Notes: generated by a model from the letters alone, not told the origin. Shown: positions 17,511-26,532, counted from the stretch's first letter. The stretch: 64,000 nucleotides of DNA from an uncultured Ruminococcus sp. (GCA_902778725.1 CACYYS010000001.1:12130-76129), one strand, 5' to 3'. Translations and numbers: made by a program.

Positions 17511-18271
17511 GACGGGGCACCCTCTCCGGCGTCGGGGCCTTCCGGCGCGTCAAAAACGACCTCTCCGTTCTCGGAGCGGTGCTCGGTGATCGCAAAGAAG
17601 AGCTCCTCCAGCGTGCGCCCCTCCGCGTCGAGCTCGGCTTTGGTCACGTTGGCGCGGATCCGGCCGGTCTGCATGATCAGCGCCCGGTCCCAGAGCTCGG
17701 TGACGCTGTCGATGATATGGGTGCTGACAAGCAGCGTGCTGCCGGCGGCGCGCAGCTCGGAGATCACGTTTTTCAGCTCCTTGATCGCGTGCGGGTCGAG
17801 CCCGATCATCGGCTCATCCATGATGAGGAGCTGCGGCCGGGTCACGAGCCCGAGGATCAGGTTCAGCTTCTGCTGCATCCCCTTGGAGAGCTCGTCCCCG
17901 AATTTCTTTTTCTTGTCCGCGAGCTCAAAGCGCTCAAAGAGCTCGTCGGCGTATCCCTGATAGTCCTTCAGCCTGTAGGCGCGGGCGATGAACTCCACGT
18001 GCTCGGAGACGGTGAGGTTGGGATAGAGGGAGGGGATCTCCGGGACGTAGCCGAAGAGGCGCTTCGCCTCGACCGACTTGTTGTAGAGCCCGTCGATCGC
18101 GATCTCGCCCGTGTAGCGCAGGACGCCGATCACCGATTTGAGGACCGTGCTTTTCCCGGCGCCGTTCGGCCCGAGCAGGACGGTCACCGATCCCCGGTCG
18201 AGGGAAAAGGTGACGTCGTCGCAGGCAAAGACCTTGCCGTATTTTTTGGTAATGTGAGAAACTTGCAGCAT
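17507..18271 (-). CDS. ABC transporter ATP-binding protein
   Basis: ORF trimmed to the ATG at 18271 (MLQVSHITKKYG) with an AAGGAG RBS. Walker A GPNGAGKST, signature LSKGMQQK, Walker B LLIMDEP. Confidence 0.9.
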   Translation of the reverse strand: MLQVSHITKKYGKVFACDDVTFSLDRGSVTVLLGPNGAGKSTVLKSVIGVLRYTGEIAIDGLYNKSVEAKRLFGYVPEIPSLYPNLTVSEHVEFIARAYRLKDYQGYADELFERFELADKKKKFGDELSKGMQQKLNLILGLVTRPQLLIMDEPMIGLDPHAIKELKNVISELRAAGSTLLVSTHIIDSVTELWDRALIMQTGRIRANVTKAELDAEGRTLEELFFAITEHRSENGEVVFDAPEGPDAGEGAPS

Positions 18272-18281
18272 AAAAACTCCT

Positions 18282-19304
18282 TCAAACTTGCTGTTCATCA
18301 TCTGCCGTATCGTTTTCAATCGCCAGATCCGCCAACTCTTTCAATTTGCTTTGCAACAGCTTTTTATCCGGCAGATTGAGTTTATAATCCGAAACCAGCG
18401 TCGGCGACAAGCTTCTGCTCAAGGCGTATTCCACAACCGCATCGTCCTTACTTGCGCAGAGGATCAATCCTACGCTCGGGTTTTCGTTCGGCTTTTTTAC
18501 ATCTCTGTCAAGCGCTTCCAGATAAAAGTTTATTTGTCCGATATGCTCCGGTTTGAATTTTCCTATCTTCAGTTCGATGGGCACCAGACAGGAAAGCGCG
18601 CGGTTGTAGAACAGCAGGTCAATATAAAAATCCTGTCCGCCGACTTGTACCCGGTATTCTTCGCCGATAAAGGTAAAGTCTTTGCCAAACTCCAAAATAA
18701 ACTGTTTCAGATTCCGGATGATCGCTTTTTTGAAATTCTGCTCCGAATACTGCTCCGGCAGATCAAGAAATTCCAATACGTAAGTATCCAGGATCCTGTT
18801 ACGGACGTTTTTCGGGACCGATTCCGGCGGTTGTTTTCCGGAGGATAGCAGATACCGCTCATAATAAGCGCTGTCGAGCTGCCGCTCCAGTTCGCGCGAG
18901 GAATAGCGTTCTTTTGCCGCCAATGCCACATAAAAGTCCCGCTCTTCCTTGCTTTTCGCTTTCGACAGAATCATCAAATGATTCGTCCAGCTGATTTGTG
19001 TCAGCAGTGCGGACACAATTTCATCGCCGCGATACGTTTCATAGAATTGCTTCATCCTGTACAGTCCGCGGCGCGTAAACCCTTTCACGGTCGGCGCGAT
19101 CCTGGAAATGTAGTCGGCAACTTCATCGATTGTTTTGTCGCCGAAAGAGGATTTGGCACAAAGCTCCGAAAGGTAGTTGCCGACCTCCCAGTACATGCGG
19201 ATCAGTTCCGCGTTGACGGCATTCAGCGCCCGGCCTTTTGCGTTTTCAATGATAGAGATGATCGCGCCGAAATCACGGCTGTTTGAGATCGGCTCCTTTG
19301 ACAT
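18282..19304 (-). CDS. YhcG/DUF1016-type PD-(D/E)xK nuclease-domain protein
   Basis: MYWEVGNYL...ISWTNHLMILSKAKSKEERDFY...RELERQL...YIDLLFYNRALSCLVPIELKIGKF. Visibly lower GC (28/60 in a sampled line) than its neighbours. Confidence 0.75.
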   Translation of the reverse strand: MSKEPISNSRDFGAIISIIENAKGRALNAVNAELIRMYWEVGNYLSELCAKSSFGDKTIDEVADYISRIAPTVKGFTRRGLYRMKQFYETYRGDEIVSALLTQISWTNHLMILSKAKSKEERDFYVALAAKERYSSRELERQLDSAYYERYLLSSGKQPPESVPKNVRNRILDTYVLEFLDLPEQYSEQNFKKAIIRNLKQFILEFGKDFTFIGEEYRVQVGGQDFYIDLLFYNRALSCLVPIELKIGKFKPEHIGQINFYLEALDRDVKKPNENPSVGLILCASKDDAVVEYALSRSLSPTLVSDYKLNLPDKKLLQSKLKELADLAIENDTADDEQQV

Positions 19305-19367
19305 GGAATCACTCCTTTGGATTCACGATGGCCCGTTCGTTATCCGCCCGTTTATCGCAGGCGTCCG

Positions 19368-20030
19368 TCAGAAAAGCTTTTTGACCTCGCTGTAGATCTC
19401 GTCGGCGAGGACGCCGACCGGGAGGGAGGCGGGAAGGACGCGGATGTTCTGCGCGGGGTCGAGACGCTTCACGGCGTCGAAGACGGAGAGATATTTTTCC
19501 CTTGCGGCGGCGAGCATATCGGCGCCCCGCTCGTAGATCTCGGTCTCCCCTTTGCGCTTTCTGATCCGGGCGAGGGACTCCTCGGGGGAGAGATCGAGGA
19601 AGACGCAGAGATCCGGCCGGACGATATCGGGGCAGGAGAGGTGGGCGGAGAGGATCCAGTCAAGGTTCCCGGGGTTGCCCTGATAGACGGCGGTGGAATA
19701 GTAGTAGCGCGCGCAGATGACGTCGGTCCCCCCGTCGAGGAACCGCCGGATCCCGAGCGCGGGGTCGGTGTTATGGGCGACGCGGTCGGCGAGGAAGAGC
19801 GCGGCGAGCGCGGTGTCGGAGTAGACGGTCTTCCCGCGCAGCGCGTCCCCGATCAGACGCCCCGCCGGCGTGGGGACGTGGTCCGCCTTGCAGGTCGGCT
19901 CGCTCGTGACGAAGGCGCGGCGGCCGTCCGCCTCCAGCCGCGCCCGGAGGAGGGAGAGCTGGGTCGTTTTCCCGCAGCCGTCGATCCCCTCGAAGACGAT
20001 CAGCCTGCCGCGGCGGTTTTCTTCTTTCAT
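19368..20030 (-). CDS. tmk: Thymidylate kinase
   Basis: GRLIVFEGIDGCGKTTQLSLL P-loop. ATGA overlap with the cysS stop. Confidence 0.85.
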   Translation of the reverse strand: MKEENRRGRLIVFEGIDGCGKTTQLSLLRARLEADGRRAFVTSEPTCKADHVPTPAGRLIGDALRGKTVYSDTALAALFLADRVAHNTDPALGIRRFLDGGTDVICARYYYSTAVYQGNPGNLDWILSAHLSCPDIVRPDLCVFLDLSPEESLARIRKRKGETEIYERGADMLAAAREKYLSVFDAVKRLDPAQNIRVLPASLPVGVLADEIYSEVKKLF

Positions 20031-21463
20031 TTTGTTTCCCCTACCGTGAACTTCGTTCCCTGCGGGGTGTCGGTCAGCGTGACGCCCTCGGCGGCGAGCG
20101 CGGCGCGGATGGCGTCCGCCTCGGCGTAGTTTTTTGCCGCTTTGGCGGCCTTGCGCGCCTCGATCCGTTCGAGGATATGCAGGATGAAGGGATCCGCCGC
20201 GTCGGCGGCCGGGTCGGCGTTTTTCTTTTCCTTTTCCGCGCGGGCGGCGTCGAGCAGCCCGAGGGAGAGCACTTCGTCAAACTCCGCGATAAGCTCGCGC
20301 TTCGCCCGGCCGGAGAGGTCGGCTTTGAGGGTGTCGTAGAGCGCGGTCAGCGCAAGGGAGGTGTTGAGGTCGTTTGAGAGCGCCTCGCGGAAGGCGGCGC
20401 GGCAGCGCTCCGCCTCCTCGCCGCCCGGCGCGCCGTCCTCCGGCAGCGCCGCGATGCGGGAGACGAGCCGGTCGTAGGTCGCCTGCGCGTTGTCGAGATT
20501 CTCAAAGGAGAAGGTCAGCGTGCGGCGGTAGTGCGAGCCGAGGCAGAAGAGCCGGTAGGCGAGCGGCGCGTAGCCCTTTTCCTCGAGCAGGGAGACGGTG
20601 AGGAACGCTCCCTTCGACTTGCTCATCTTGCCGGACTGATCGTTGAGATGCAGGACGTGGAACCACCAGTTGCACCATTTGTGCCCGAGGTAGGCCTCGC
20701 TCTGCGCGATCTCGTTCGTGTGATGGGGGAAGGCGTTGTCGATCCCGCCGCAGTGGATGTCGATCCGCTCGCCGAGATATTTGGTCGAGATGGCGGAGCA
20801 CTCGATGTGCCAGCCGGGATAGCCGACGCCCCAGGGAGAGTCCCATTTCAGCTCCTGGTCTTCAAACTTGGATTTTGTGAACCAGAGGACAAAGTCGGTC
20901 TTGTTGCGCTTGGCGAGGTCCTTTTCCACTCCCTCGCGCACGCCCTCGGCCAGATCCTCCTCCTTGAAGTCGTGGAAAACGTAATAGCGCTCCAGCTTCG
21001 AGGTGTCGAAATAGACGTTCCCCTCCGAGAGGTAGGCGTAGCCCTTCTCGATCAGCCCCTCCACCATCCGGATAAAGTCGGGGATGCAGGAGGTCGCGGG
21101 GACGACGGTGTCGGGCCGGCGGATGTTGAGCTTTTCGCAGTCGGCGAAGAAGGCGTCGGTGTAATAGCGCGCGATCTCCATCACCGTTTTGTGCTCGCGT
21201 TTTGCGCCCTTGAGCATCTTGTCCTCTCCGGTGTCGGCGTCGCTTGTGAGATGCCCGACGTCGGTGATGTTCATCACCCGGTTTACCTCGTAGCCGAAGT
21301 ACCGGAGGGTTTTTTCCAGCACGTCCTCCATAATGTAGGAGCGGAGGTTGCCGATATGGGCAAAGTGATAGACGGTCGGGCCGCAGGTGTACATGGCGAC
21401 CCTGCCCGGCGTGTTGGGGACGAATTCTTCCTTTTGTCTGGTCAGAGAGTTGTAGAGCTGCAT
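20027..21463 (-). CDS. cysS: Cysteine--tRNA ligase
   Basis: ORF trimmed to the ATG at 21463 ([14 protein letters not shown]). [20 protein letters not shown] (HIGH-type motif) and KMSKSKG (KMSKS). Confidence 0.95.
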   Translation of the reverse strand: MQLYNSLTRQKEEFVPNTPGRVAMYTCGPTVYHFAHIGNLRSYIMEDVLEKTLRYFGYEVNRVMNITDVGHLTSDADTGEDKMLKGAKREHKTVMEIARYYTDAFFADCEKLNIRRPDTVVPATSCIPDFIRMVEGLIEKGYAYLSEGNVYFDTSKLERYYVFHDFKEEDLAEGVREGVEKDLAKRNKTDFVLWFTKSKFEDQELKWDSPWGVGYPGWHIECSAISTKYLGERIDIHCGGIDNAFPHHTNEIAQSEAYLGHKWCNWWFHVLHLNDQSGKMSKSKGAFLTVSLLEEKGYAPLAYRLFCLGSHYRRTLTFSFENLDNAQATYDRLVSRIAALPEDGAPGGEEAERCRAAFREALSNDLNTSLALTALYDTLKADLSGRAKRELIAEFDEVLSLGLLDAARAEKEKKNADPAADAADPFILHILERIEARKAAKAAKNYAEADAIRAALAAEGVTLTDTPQGTKFTVGETK

Positions 21464-21464
21464 A

Positions 21465-22550
21465 TCATTCTTCTTCCTTGTTTTTGCATTCGGGAACGTC
21501 GGTTCCCGTGTTCCGTGCGTTTTCCAGGCGGGCGACGCGTTCTTCCAGCCGGGCAAGCTCCGCCGCGACCGGGTCGGGGACGTGGATCTGGTCGAGATCG
21601 CTCTGCTCGACGCGGTGATTGGCGACCGAAACGACCTTGGCGGGGATGCCGACGCAGGTGCTGTCCGGCGGGACCTCCTTGAGGACCACGGCGCCGGCGG
21701 CGATCTTGGAGTTGTCCCCGACGGTGAAGGGGCCGAGGACCTTCGCCCCCGCCCCGACCATCACGTTCCGGCCGAGGGTGGGATGGCGCTTGCCGGTGTC
21801 CTTGCCGGTGCCGCCGAGGGTCACGCCCTGATAGATCGTGCAGTCGTCGCCGATCTCGGCGGTCTCCCCGATCACAACGCCGCTGCCGTGGTCGATCACC
21901 AGCCCCCGTCCGATCTTCGCGGCGGGATGGATCTCGATCCCGGTGAAGAATTTTGCGGTCTGGCTCAGCGCCCGCGCTGAGAAGGAAAAGCCCCGCGTGT
22001 GCAGCGCGTGCGCGGCGCGGTGCGCCAGCAGCGCGTGAAAGCCCGAGTAGAGCAGCGCCACCTCAAGGTCGGAGGACGCCGCGGGGTCCCTGTCGCGGAA
22101 GGCTTTGATGTCGTAGCGGATCCGGGAGAGTACGTCCTCCGCCTTCCCGCGGGCGGCGTTCGCCTTTTCTCCGGCGGCCCTCGCCGCCCGAAGCGCCGTC
22201 TCCCGCAGGGCGTCGGCGTCGCGTTCTTTTGCCGCTTTCAGCGTCCGGTCGAGCGCTCCGGCGGCGGCTCGGGCCCGTGCCGCCGCCGCTTTTTTCATCG
22301 CGGCAAGGCGCGGCTGCGCCTGCGCGGCGAGGGTCTCCGCGCGCTGCGCGGCGGCGTTGGCGGCCCGCCGCAGCTCCGGCGCCTTTTCGGACGCGAACGC
22401 GCGCGCGGCGGAAAGGAGCTTTTCCGCTCCTTCGCGGATCTCCTTGCCGGGGGAAACGGCGGAGGGTCCCTTTTCCGCGGTCCCGGTTTTTTCTTCTTCT
22501 TTTGCTTCGGAGATCTCCTCCGGGCGGGGGTCCGGGCGTGTGTTTTCCAT
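21465..22550 (-). CDS. cysE: Serine O-acetyltransferase with an N-terminal extension of about 141 aa (A/E/K/R-rich)
   Basis: From aa ~142, RIRYDIKAFRDRDPAA...FTGIEIHPAAKIGRGLVIDHGSGVVIGETAEIGDDCTIYQGVTLGG (hexapeptide repeats). ATG at 22550 has a GGAGAAAG RBS. Confidence 0.85.
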   Translation of the reverse strand: MENTRPDPRPEEISEAKEEEKTGTAEKGPSAVSPGKEIREGAEKLLSAARAFASEKAPELRRAANAAAQRAETLAAQAQPRLAAMKKAAAARARAAAGALDRTLKAAKERDADALRETALRAARAAGEKANAARGKAEDVLSRIRYDIKAFRDRDPAASSDLEVALLYSGFHALLAHRAAHALHTRGFSFSARALSQTAKFFTGIEIHPAAKIGRGLVIDHGSGVVIGETAEIGDDCTIYQGVTLGGTGKDTGKRHPTLGRNVMVGAGAKVLGPFTVGDNSKIAAGAVVLKEVPPDSTCVGIPAKVVSVANHRVEQSDLDQIHVPDPVAAELARLEERVARLENARNTGTDVPECKNKEEE

Positions 22551-22605
22551 ATCGTGTTCTCTTTCTCCGTAACGGATCGAAAAGTTTCAGTCTCTTTATC
22601 AATCT

Positions 22606-22635
22606 ATTATATATCAGTCCCTCTGTTTTTGTCAA
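22606..22635 (-). promoter_or_regulatory. Candidate promoter of cysE-cysS-tmk
   Basis: Minus strand reads TTGACA (22630-22635), 18 nt, TATAAT (22606-22611). The leader is about 50 nt with no riboswitch-sized structure. Confidence 0.5.
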
Positions 22636-22691
22636 TATCAAGCGTTCGGGGCGTTTTTTGCAAGTTCGACAAACAAAAAATGCAAAAACCC

Positions 22692-22720
22692 TTGACAAAC
22701 CGCCCGGCCGGTGCTATACT
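22692..22720 (+). promoter_or_regulatory. Promoter of the T-box leader
   Basis: TTGACA (22692-22697), exactly 17 nt, TATACT (22715-22720). Confidence 0.7.
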
Positions 22721-22736
22721 GCAAAAAAAGAACAAA

Positions 22737-22990
22737 CCGATGATCGGGAAGAGTAGCAGCGCAGAGAGCCTCCAGAGAGCCGCGGCGGGTGGGATGCGGC
22801 AGGTGTACGGCGTTGTGAATGGACCCGTGAGGGCGTCCGAAAGCGCAAGCGAGTAGCAGACGACGGCTGGCGGCCGTGATCCCGCCGTGCATATCGTGGG
22901 TATGCGTAAGAGGGCGCGCAAGCGCCAAGCAGGGTGGCACCGCAGAAGCAGCGCTTCTGTCCCGGCAGACGGGACGGATGCGCTTTTTTT
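22737..22990 (+). promoter_or_regulatory. T-box riboswitch leader, probable Trp (UGG) specifier
   Basis: Stem I elements GAUGAUCGGGAAGAGUAG and AGAGAG. Specifier-loop context GAA-UGG-A (UGG at 22820-22822). T-box sequence AGGGUGGCACCGC (22931-22943). Terminator 22951-22983 plus a T-run to 22990. A competing hairpin CAGAAGC/GCTTCTG spans 22943-22959. Confidence 0.75.
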
Positions 22991-23113
22991 CGTCCTGAAG
23001 GAAAGGAGAACAAAATGGAACGCAACGAAAAACGATGGCGGCGCGGGAATCTGTTTTTTCCCGCCGCGCACACACGCATAAAATAAAAAAAGAAAAAAGA
23101 AAGGGCACACGCC

Positions 23114-24088
23114 ATGAAAAACCAAATGAAAAAAATCTTCTCTCTCCTTGCAGCCGCGATCCTCCTCCTCTCCTCTCTCGCGCTTTTCTCCTGCGAGAAG
23201 ACCCTCCCCGTGATCGGGATCAACCAGTACGCCCAGCACCCCTCGCTCGATAACTGCCGCACCGGCTTCCTCGCCGGGCTCGCGGAAGCGGGGCTGACCG
23301 AAGGCAAGGACTTCTCCGTCGACGTGCAGAACGCCGGCGCCGACGATAATCTCAACGCCCAGATCGCCTCGACCTTCGCGTCGAAGAACGCCGCGCTGAT
23401 GGTCGGCATCGCCACGCCCTCCGCGATGGCGTGCTTCAACGCCGCCGAAGAGAAGGACATCCCCGTCGTCTTCATCGCCGTCACCGATCCCGCTGCCGCT
23501 TCCCTCACCGAAGGGAACGTCACCGGCACCTCCGACCGTCTCCCCGTCACGGCGCAGCTCGAGCTGATCCGCAAACTCCAGCCGGACGCAAAGACGATCG
23601 GCATCCTCTATACCCTCAGCGAGCCGAACTCCGTTTCCGCGATCGCGGAATATAAGGAAAAAGCCCCCTCCTACGGTTTCACCATCGAGGCCGTCGGCGT
23701 CGCCGCCCAGTCCGAGGTCCCGCTGGCGACCGACAGCCTGATCGCCAAAAAGGTCGACTGCTTCTCCAACCTGACCGATAACGGCGTCGTCGACGTGCTC
23801 GACTCCATCCTCGAAAAGACCAACGCCGCCGGCATCCCCGTTTACGGCAGCGAGGTGGAGCAGGTCAAAAAGGGCTGCGTCGCCTCCGCCGGCATCGACT
23901 ACTACAAGCTCGGGATCCAGACGGGCAAGCTCGCCGCAAGGATCCTCCGGAGAGAGGCGAAGGCCGCCGACATCCCCTTTGAGGCGGTCACCGAGTACGA
24001 GATCTATCTCAACGAAACGGCCTGCGGCGAGCTGGACGTCTCCGTCCCCGCCGACGTCGCCGCCTCCGCCGTGAAGGCGGACGCCTGA
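23114..24088 (+). CDS. ABC transporter substrate-binding lipoprotein (COG2984 / ABC_sub_bind family; putative Trp/Tyr uptake system)
   Basis: Lipobox LALFSC. GINQYAQHPSLDNCRTGFLAGL...MVGIATPSAMA...PVVFIAVTDP is typical of this family. Confidence 0.8.
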   Translation: MKNQMKKIFSLLAAAILLLSSLALFSCEKTLPVIGINQYAQHPSLDNCRTGFLAGLAEAGLTEGKDFSVDVQNAGADDNLNAQIASTFASKNAALMVGIATPSAMACFNAAEEKDIPVVFIAVTDPAAASLTEGNVTGTSDRLPVTAQLELIRKLQPDAKTIGILYTLSEPNSVSAIAEYKEKAPSYGFTIEAVGVAAQSEVPLATDSLIAKKVDCFSNLTDNGVVDVLDSILEKTNAAGIPVYGSEVEQVKKGCVASAGIDYYKLGIQTGKLAARILRREAKAADIPFEAVTEYEIYLNETACGELDVSVPADVAASAVKADA

Positions 24089-24106
24089 TCCCGAGGGAAA
24101 ACGCTC

Positions 24107-25000
24107 ATGCTTGACGTTCTCATATCGGCCCTGACGCAGGGACTCATCTACGCGCTCCTCTGCTACGGGCTCCTGATCTCCTATAAGATCCTCGACTTCC
24201 CGGATCTGACGGTGGACGGCAGCTTCCCGCTCGGCGCCGCCGTCACCGCCCTCCTGATCACAAACGGCGTCCATCCCCTCCTCACCCTCCCCGTCGCCAT
24301 GCTGGCGGGGGCGCTCGCCGGGCTCGCGACCGGGCTGATCCACGTCTGCCTGAAGGTGCGGGATCTGCTCGCCGGCATCATTACGATGACCGCCCTCTTC
24401 TCGATCGACCTCAAGATCGCCGGCTCCAACCTCCCCATCCCCCGCGGCGTCGACACGCTCTTCACCCTCCCCGCTCTCGACGCGCTGCTCGGCTCCGTCT
24501 CCCTCTCGGGCAAAAAGCTGATCGTCTCCTTTGTGATCGCGCTGCTCTTCAAATTCCTGCTCGATCTCTACTTTCGCACCGGCAGCGGGATGCTCCTGCG
24601 CGCGGCGGGCGATAACCCGGTCCTCGTCACCTCCCTCGCTAAAAGCGAGGGAAAAGCCAAGATCCTCGGGCTCGTCCTCTCCAACTCCCTCGTCGCCCTC
24701 TGCGGCGCCGTCGTCTGCCAGGAGCAGCGCTCCTTTTCCAGCACGATGGGCACGGGACAGATGGTCCTCGGGCTTGCCTCGGTCATCATCGGGCTCACCG
24801 TCTTCAAAAAGCTCTCCTTCGTCAAGCTGACCACCGCCGCCCTCGTCGGCAGTATCCTCTATAAATTCTGCATCCAGGCGGCGATCCTCGCGGGGCTCGA
24901 CCCGAGCCTTCTCAAACTGATCACGGCGGTCCTCTTCCTCGCGATCCTCGCCGTCGGCTCGTTTGAGAGACGCAGGAAGGGAGGCGGCGCCCGTGCTTGA
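24107..25000 (+). CDS. ABC transporter permease (COG4120-type)
   Basis: 297-aa polytopic protein (LTQGLIYALLCYGLLISYKILDFPDLTVDGSFPLGAA) immediately after the binding protein. Confidence 0.8.
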   Translation: MLDVLISALTQGLIYALLCYGLLISYKILDFPDLTVDGSFPLGAAVTALLITNGVHPLLTLPVAMLAGALAGLATGLIHVCLKVRDLLAGIITMTALFSIDLKIAGSNLPIPRGVDTLFTLPALDALLGSVSLSGKKLIVSFVIALLFKFLLDLYFRTGSGMLLRAAGDNPVLVTSLAKSEGKAKILGLVLSNSLVALCGAVVCQEQRSFSSTMGTGQMVLGLASVIIGLTVFKKLSFVKLTTAALVGSILYKFCIQAAILAGLDPSLLKLITAVLFLAILAVGSFERRRKGGGARA

Positions 25001-25766
25001 AGTACGCGATATCCGCAAGATCTATAATCCCGGAGACGTCACCGAGATCTGCGTCTTCGACGGCTTTTCCCTCACCGTGCCGGACGGGGAGTTCCTCTCC
25101 ATCGTCGGCAGCAACGGCAGCGGGAAGACCTCGCTTCTCAATCTGATCTGCGGCAGCATCCGCCAGGACGCCGGCAGCATCCTCGTCGGCGGGGAGTCCG
25201 TCGACCGGGAGAAGGACTACGTCCGCGCCCGCCGCATCGGCCGCGTCTACCAGAACCCCGCCCTCGGCACCTGCCCGCAGATGACCATCCTCGAGAACCT
25301 CTCCCTCGCCGACGGCAAGGGAGGACGCTTCGGGCTCGCCTTCGGCGTCCGGAAGAACCGGATCGCGGCTTACCGCGAGATGCTCCGCGATCTCGGCCTC
25401 GGCCTCGAGGATAAGCTCTCGGTCAAGGTCGGCTCCCTCTCGGGCGGCCAGCGCCAGGCGCTCGCCCTCCTCATGGCGACGATGACCCCCATCGATTTTC
25501 TCATCCTCGACGAGCATACCGCCGCCCTCGACCCCCGCACCGCCGAGACGATCATGCTCCTCACCGACCGCCTCGTGCGGGAAAAACGCCTCACCGCCAT
25601 GATGGTCACCCATAACCTCCGATACGCCGTCGAGTACGGCTCCCGCCTCATCATGCTCGACCGCGGAAAGATCGTCTTCGACTGCGCCGGCGAGGAGAAG
25701 AAAAACCTCAGGACCGAGGACGTCCTCGACCTCTTCAACCGCATCAGCGTCGAATGCGGGAATTAG
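24993..25766 (+). CDS. ABC transporter ATP-binding protein (COG1101-type)
   Basis: The track ORF starts at TTG 24963. GTG at 24993 has a GGAGG 8 nt upstream and overlaps the permease stop, so it is preferred. Walker A GSNGSGKTS, LSGGQRQ, Walker B FLILDEH. Confidence 0.85.
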   Translation: MLEVRDIRKIYNPGDVTEICVFDGFSLTVPDGEFLSIVGSNGSGKTSLLNLICGSIRQDAGSILVGGESVDREKDYVRARRIGRVYQNPALGTCPQMTILENLSLADGKGGRFGLAFGVRKNRIAAYREMLRDLGLGLEDKLSVKVGSLSGGQRQALALLMATMTPIDFLILDEHTAALDPRTAETIMLLTDRLVREKRLTAMMVTHNLRYAVEYGSRLIMLDRGKIVFDCAGEEKKNLRTEDVLDLFNRISVECGN

Positions 25767-25780
25767 AAGGAAAAAGAAAC

Positions 25781-26008
25781 CTACTTTTCTGAAGAAAAGT
25801 AGGCAAAAGACTTCCTTTTCTGAAGAAAAGGAAGCAAAAGACTTTTTGAAGGGACAGGGAGCAGAAGGGAGTGCGAACACAGACGCTCCTTTCCCAAAAG
25901 CCGCCCATAAGGATGGGCGGCTTTTTCGTTTCGCTCGGGGGAGCGTGTTCATTTCCTCCCTCGGATCAAAAAACGCCCGATACGGCCCGGGCGTTTTTTG
26001 GGTTGAGC
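25781..26008 (+). repeat. Modular hairpin intergenic repeat, copy A (forward arm)
   Basis: CTACTTTTCtgaaGAAAAGTAG, CTTCCTTTTCtgaaGAAAAGGAAG, AAAAGCCGCCCataaggatGGGCGGCTTTTT and AAAAAACGCCCgatacggcccGGGCGTTTTTT modules. Near-identical to 29150-29345. Confidence 0.85.
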
Positions 26009-26336
26009 GACCCGCTGCGGATGGAGTCCTGTCTGCCTCCCTCCCGAGGGCCCGAATCCCCAAAAGGTCCTCCGGACCTTTCCGGGGACCCCGACGGGCC
26101 GGGGGACCGCTTGCGGTGGAAGGAGTTTTTCCTCTCTGTCGTTTCTCCTGTGTTTCTCCCTCCTTCCCTAACTCCTTCAGTCGCCTACGGCGACAGCTCC
26201 CTCAAGAGGGAGCCTTCTCCCGCTCCTTTTCTCTTTGTAGGTCGGGAACCGCCGCTTGCCTCCGGCGAGCGGCATCGAATACCGCCGCGTGGCGAAGACG
26301 CGCGGCATAAAAAATCCCCCGCCGTTTTGTCAAAAC

Positions 26337-26455
26337 AAAAAGCCGCCCCATCCTTACCGGGGCGGCTTTTGGGGGAGGAGCGTCTGTGTTCGCGCTTTCT
26401 CTGCTCCCTGCCCCTTCAAAAAGTCTTTTGCCTACTTTTCTTCAGAAAAGTAGGT
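26337..26455 (-). repeat. Modular hairpin intergenic repeat, copy A' (inverted arm)
   Basis: Reverse complement of the 25781-25925 modules (AAAAGCCGCCCC...GGGGCGGCTTTTGG...CCCCTTCAAAAAGTCTTTTGCCTACTTTTCTTCAGAAAAGTAG). Confidence 0.85.
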
Positions 26456-26532
26456 CTTTCCTTTTTCTTAACCTTTTTCCTGCTTGTTTCTTTCGTGAAA
26501 AAAGAGTACAATAAAGAAAAAAGGAGGCGGAC

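Noticed and set aside
14874-17960. 1028-aa + strand ORF (with similar 561-aa and 550-aa neighbours) spanning the regulator and the ABC exporter genes
   Set aside because: It runs through the 3' part of the regulator gene in a different frame and then antisense to the ABC exporter genes, all of which have clear family motifs. Its translation is an R/G/E/P/D low-complexity string, typical of spurious ORFs in more than 65% GC DNA, and it has no RBS.
22551-22690. Expected T-box leader upstream of cysE-cysS, as in Bacillus
   Set aside because: The leader between the predicted promoter and the cysE start is only about 50 nt. The T-box in this region is on the opposite strand and serves the ABC importer.
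22607-25018. 803-aa minus-strand ORF
   Set aside because: It is antisense to the T-box leader and the three ABC importer genes, has low-complexity G/E/D/R composition, and crosses a promoter and a terminator.
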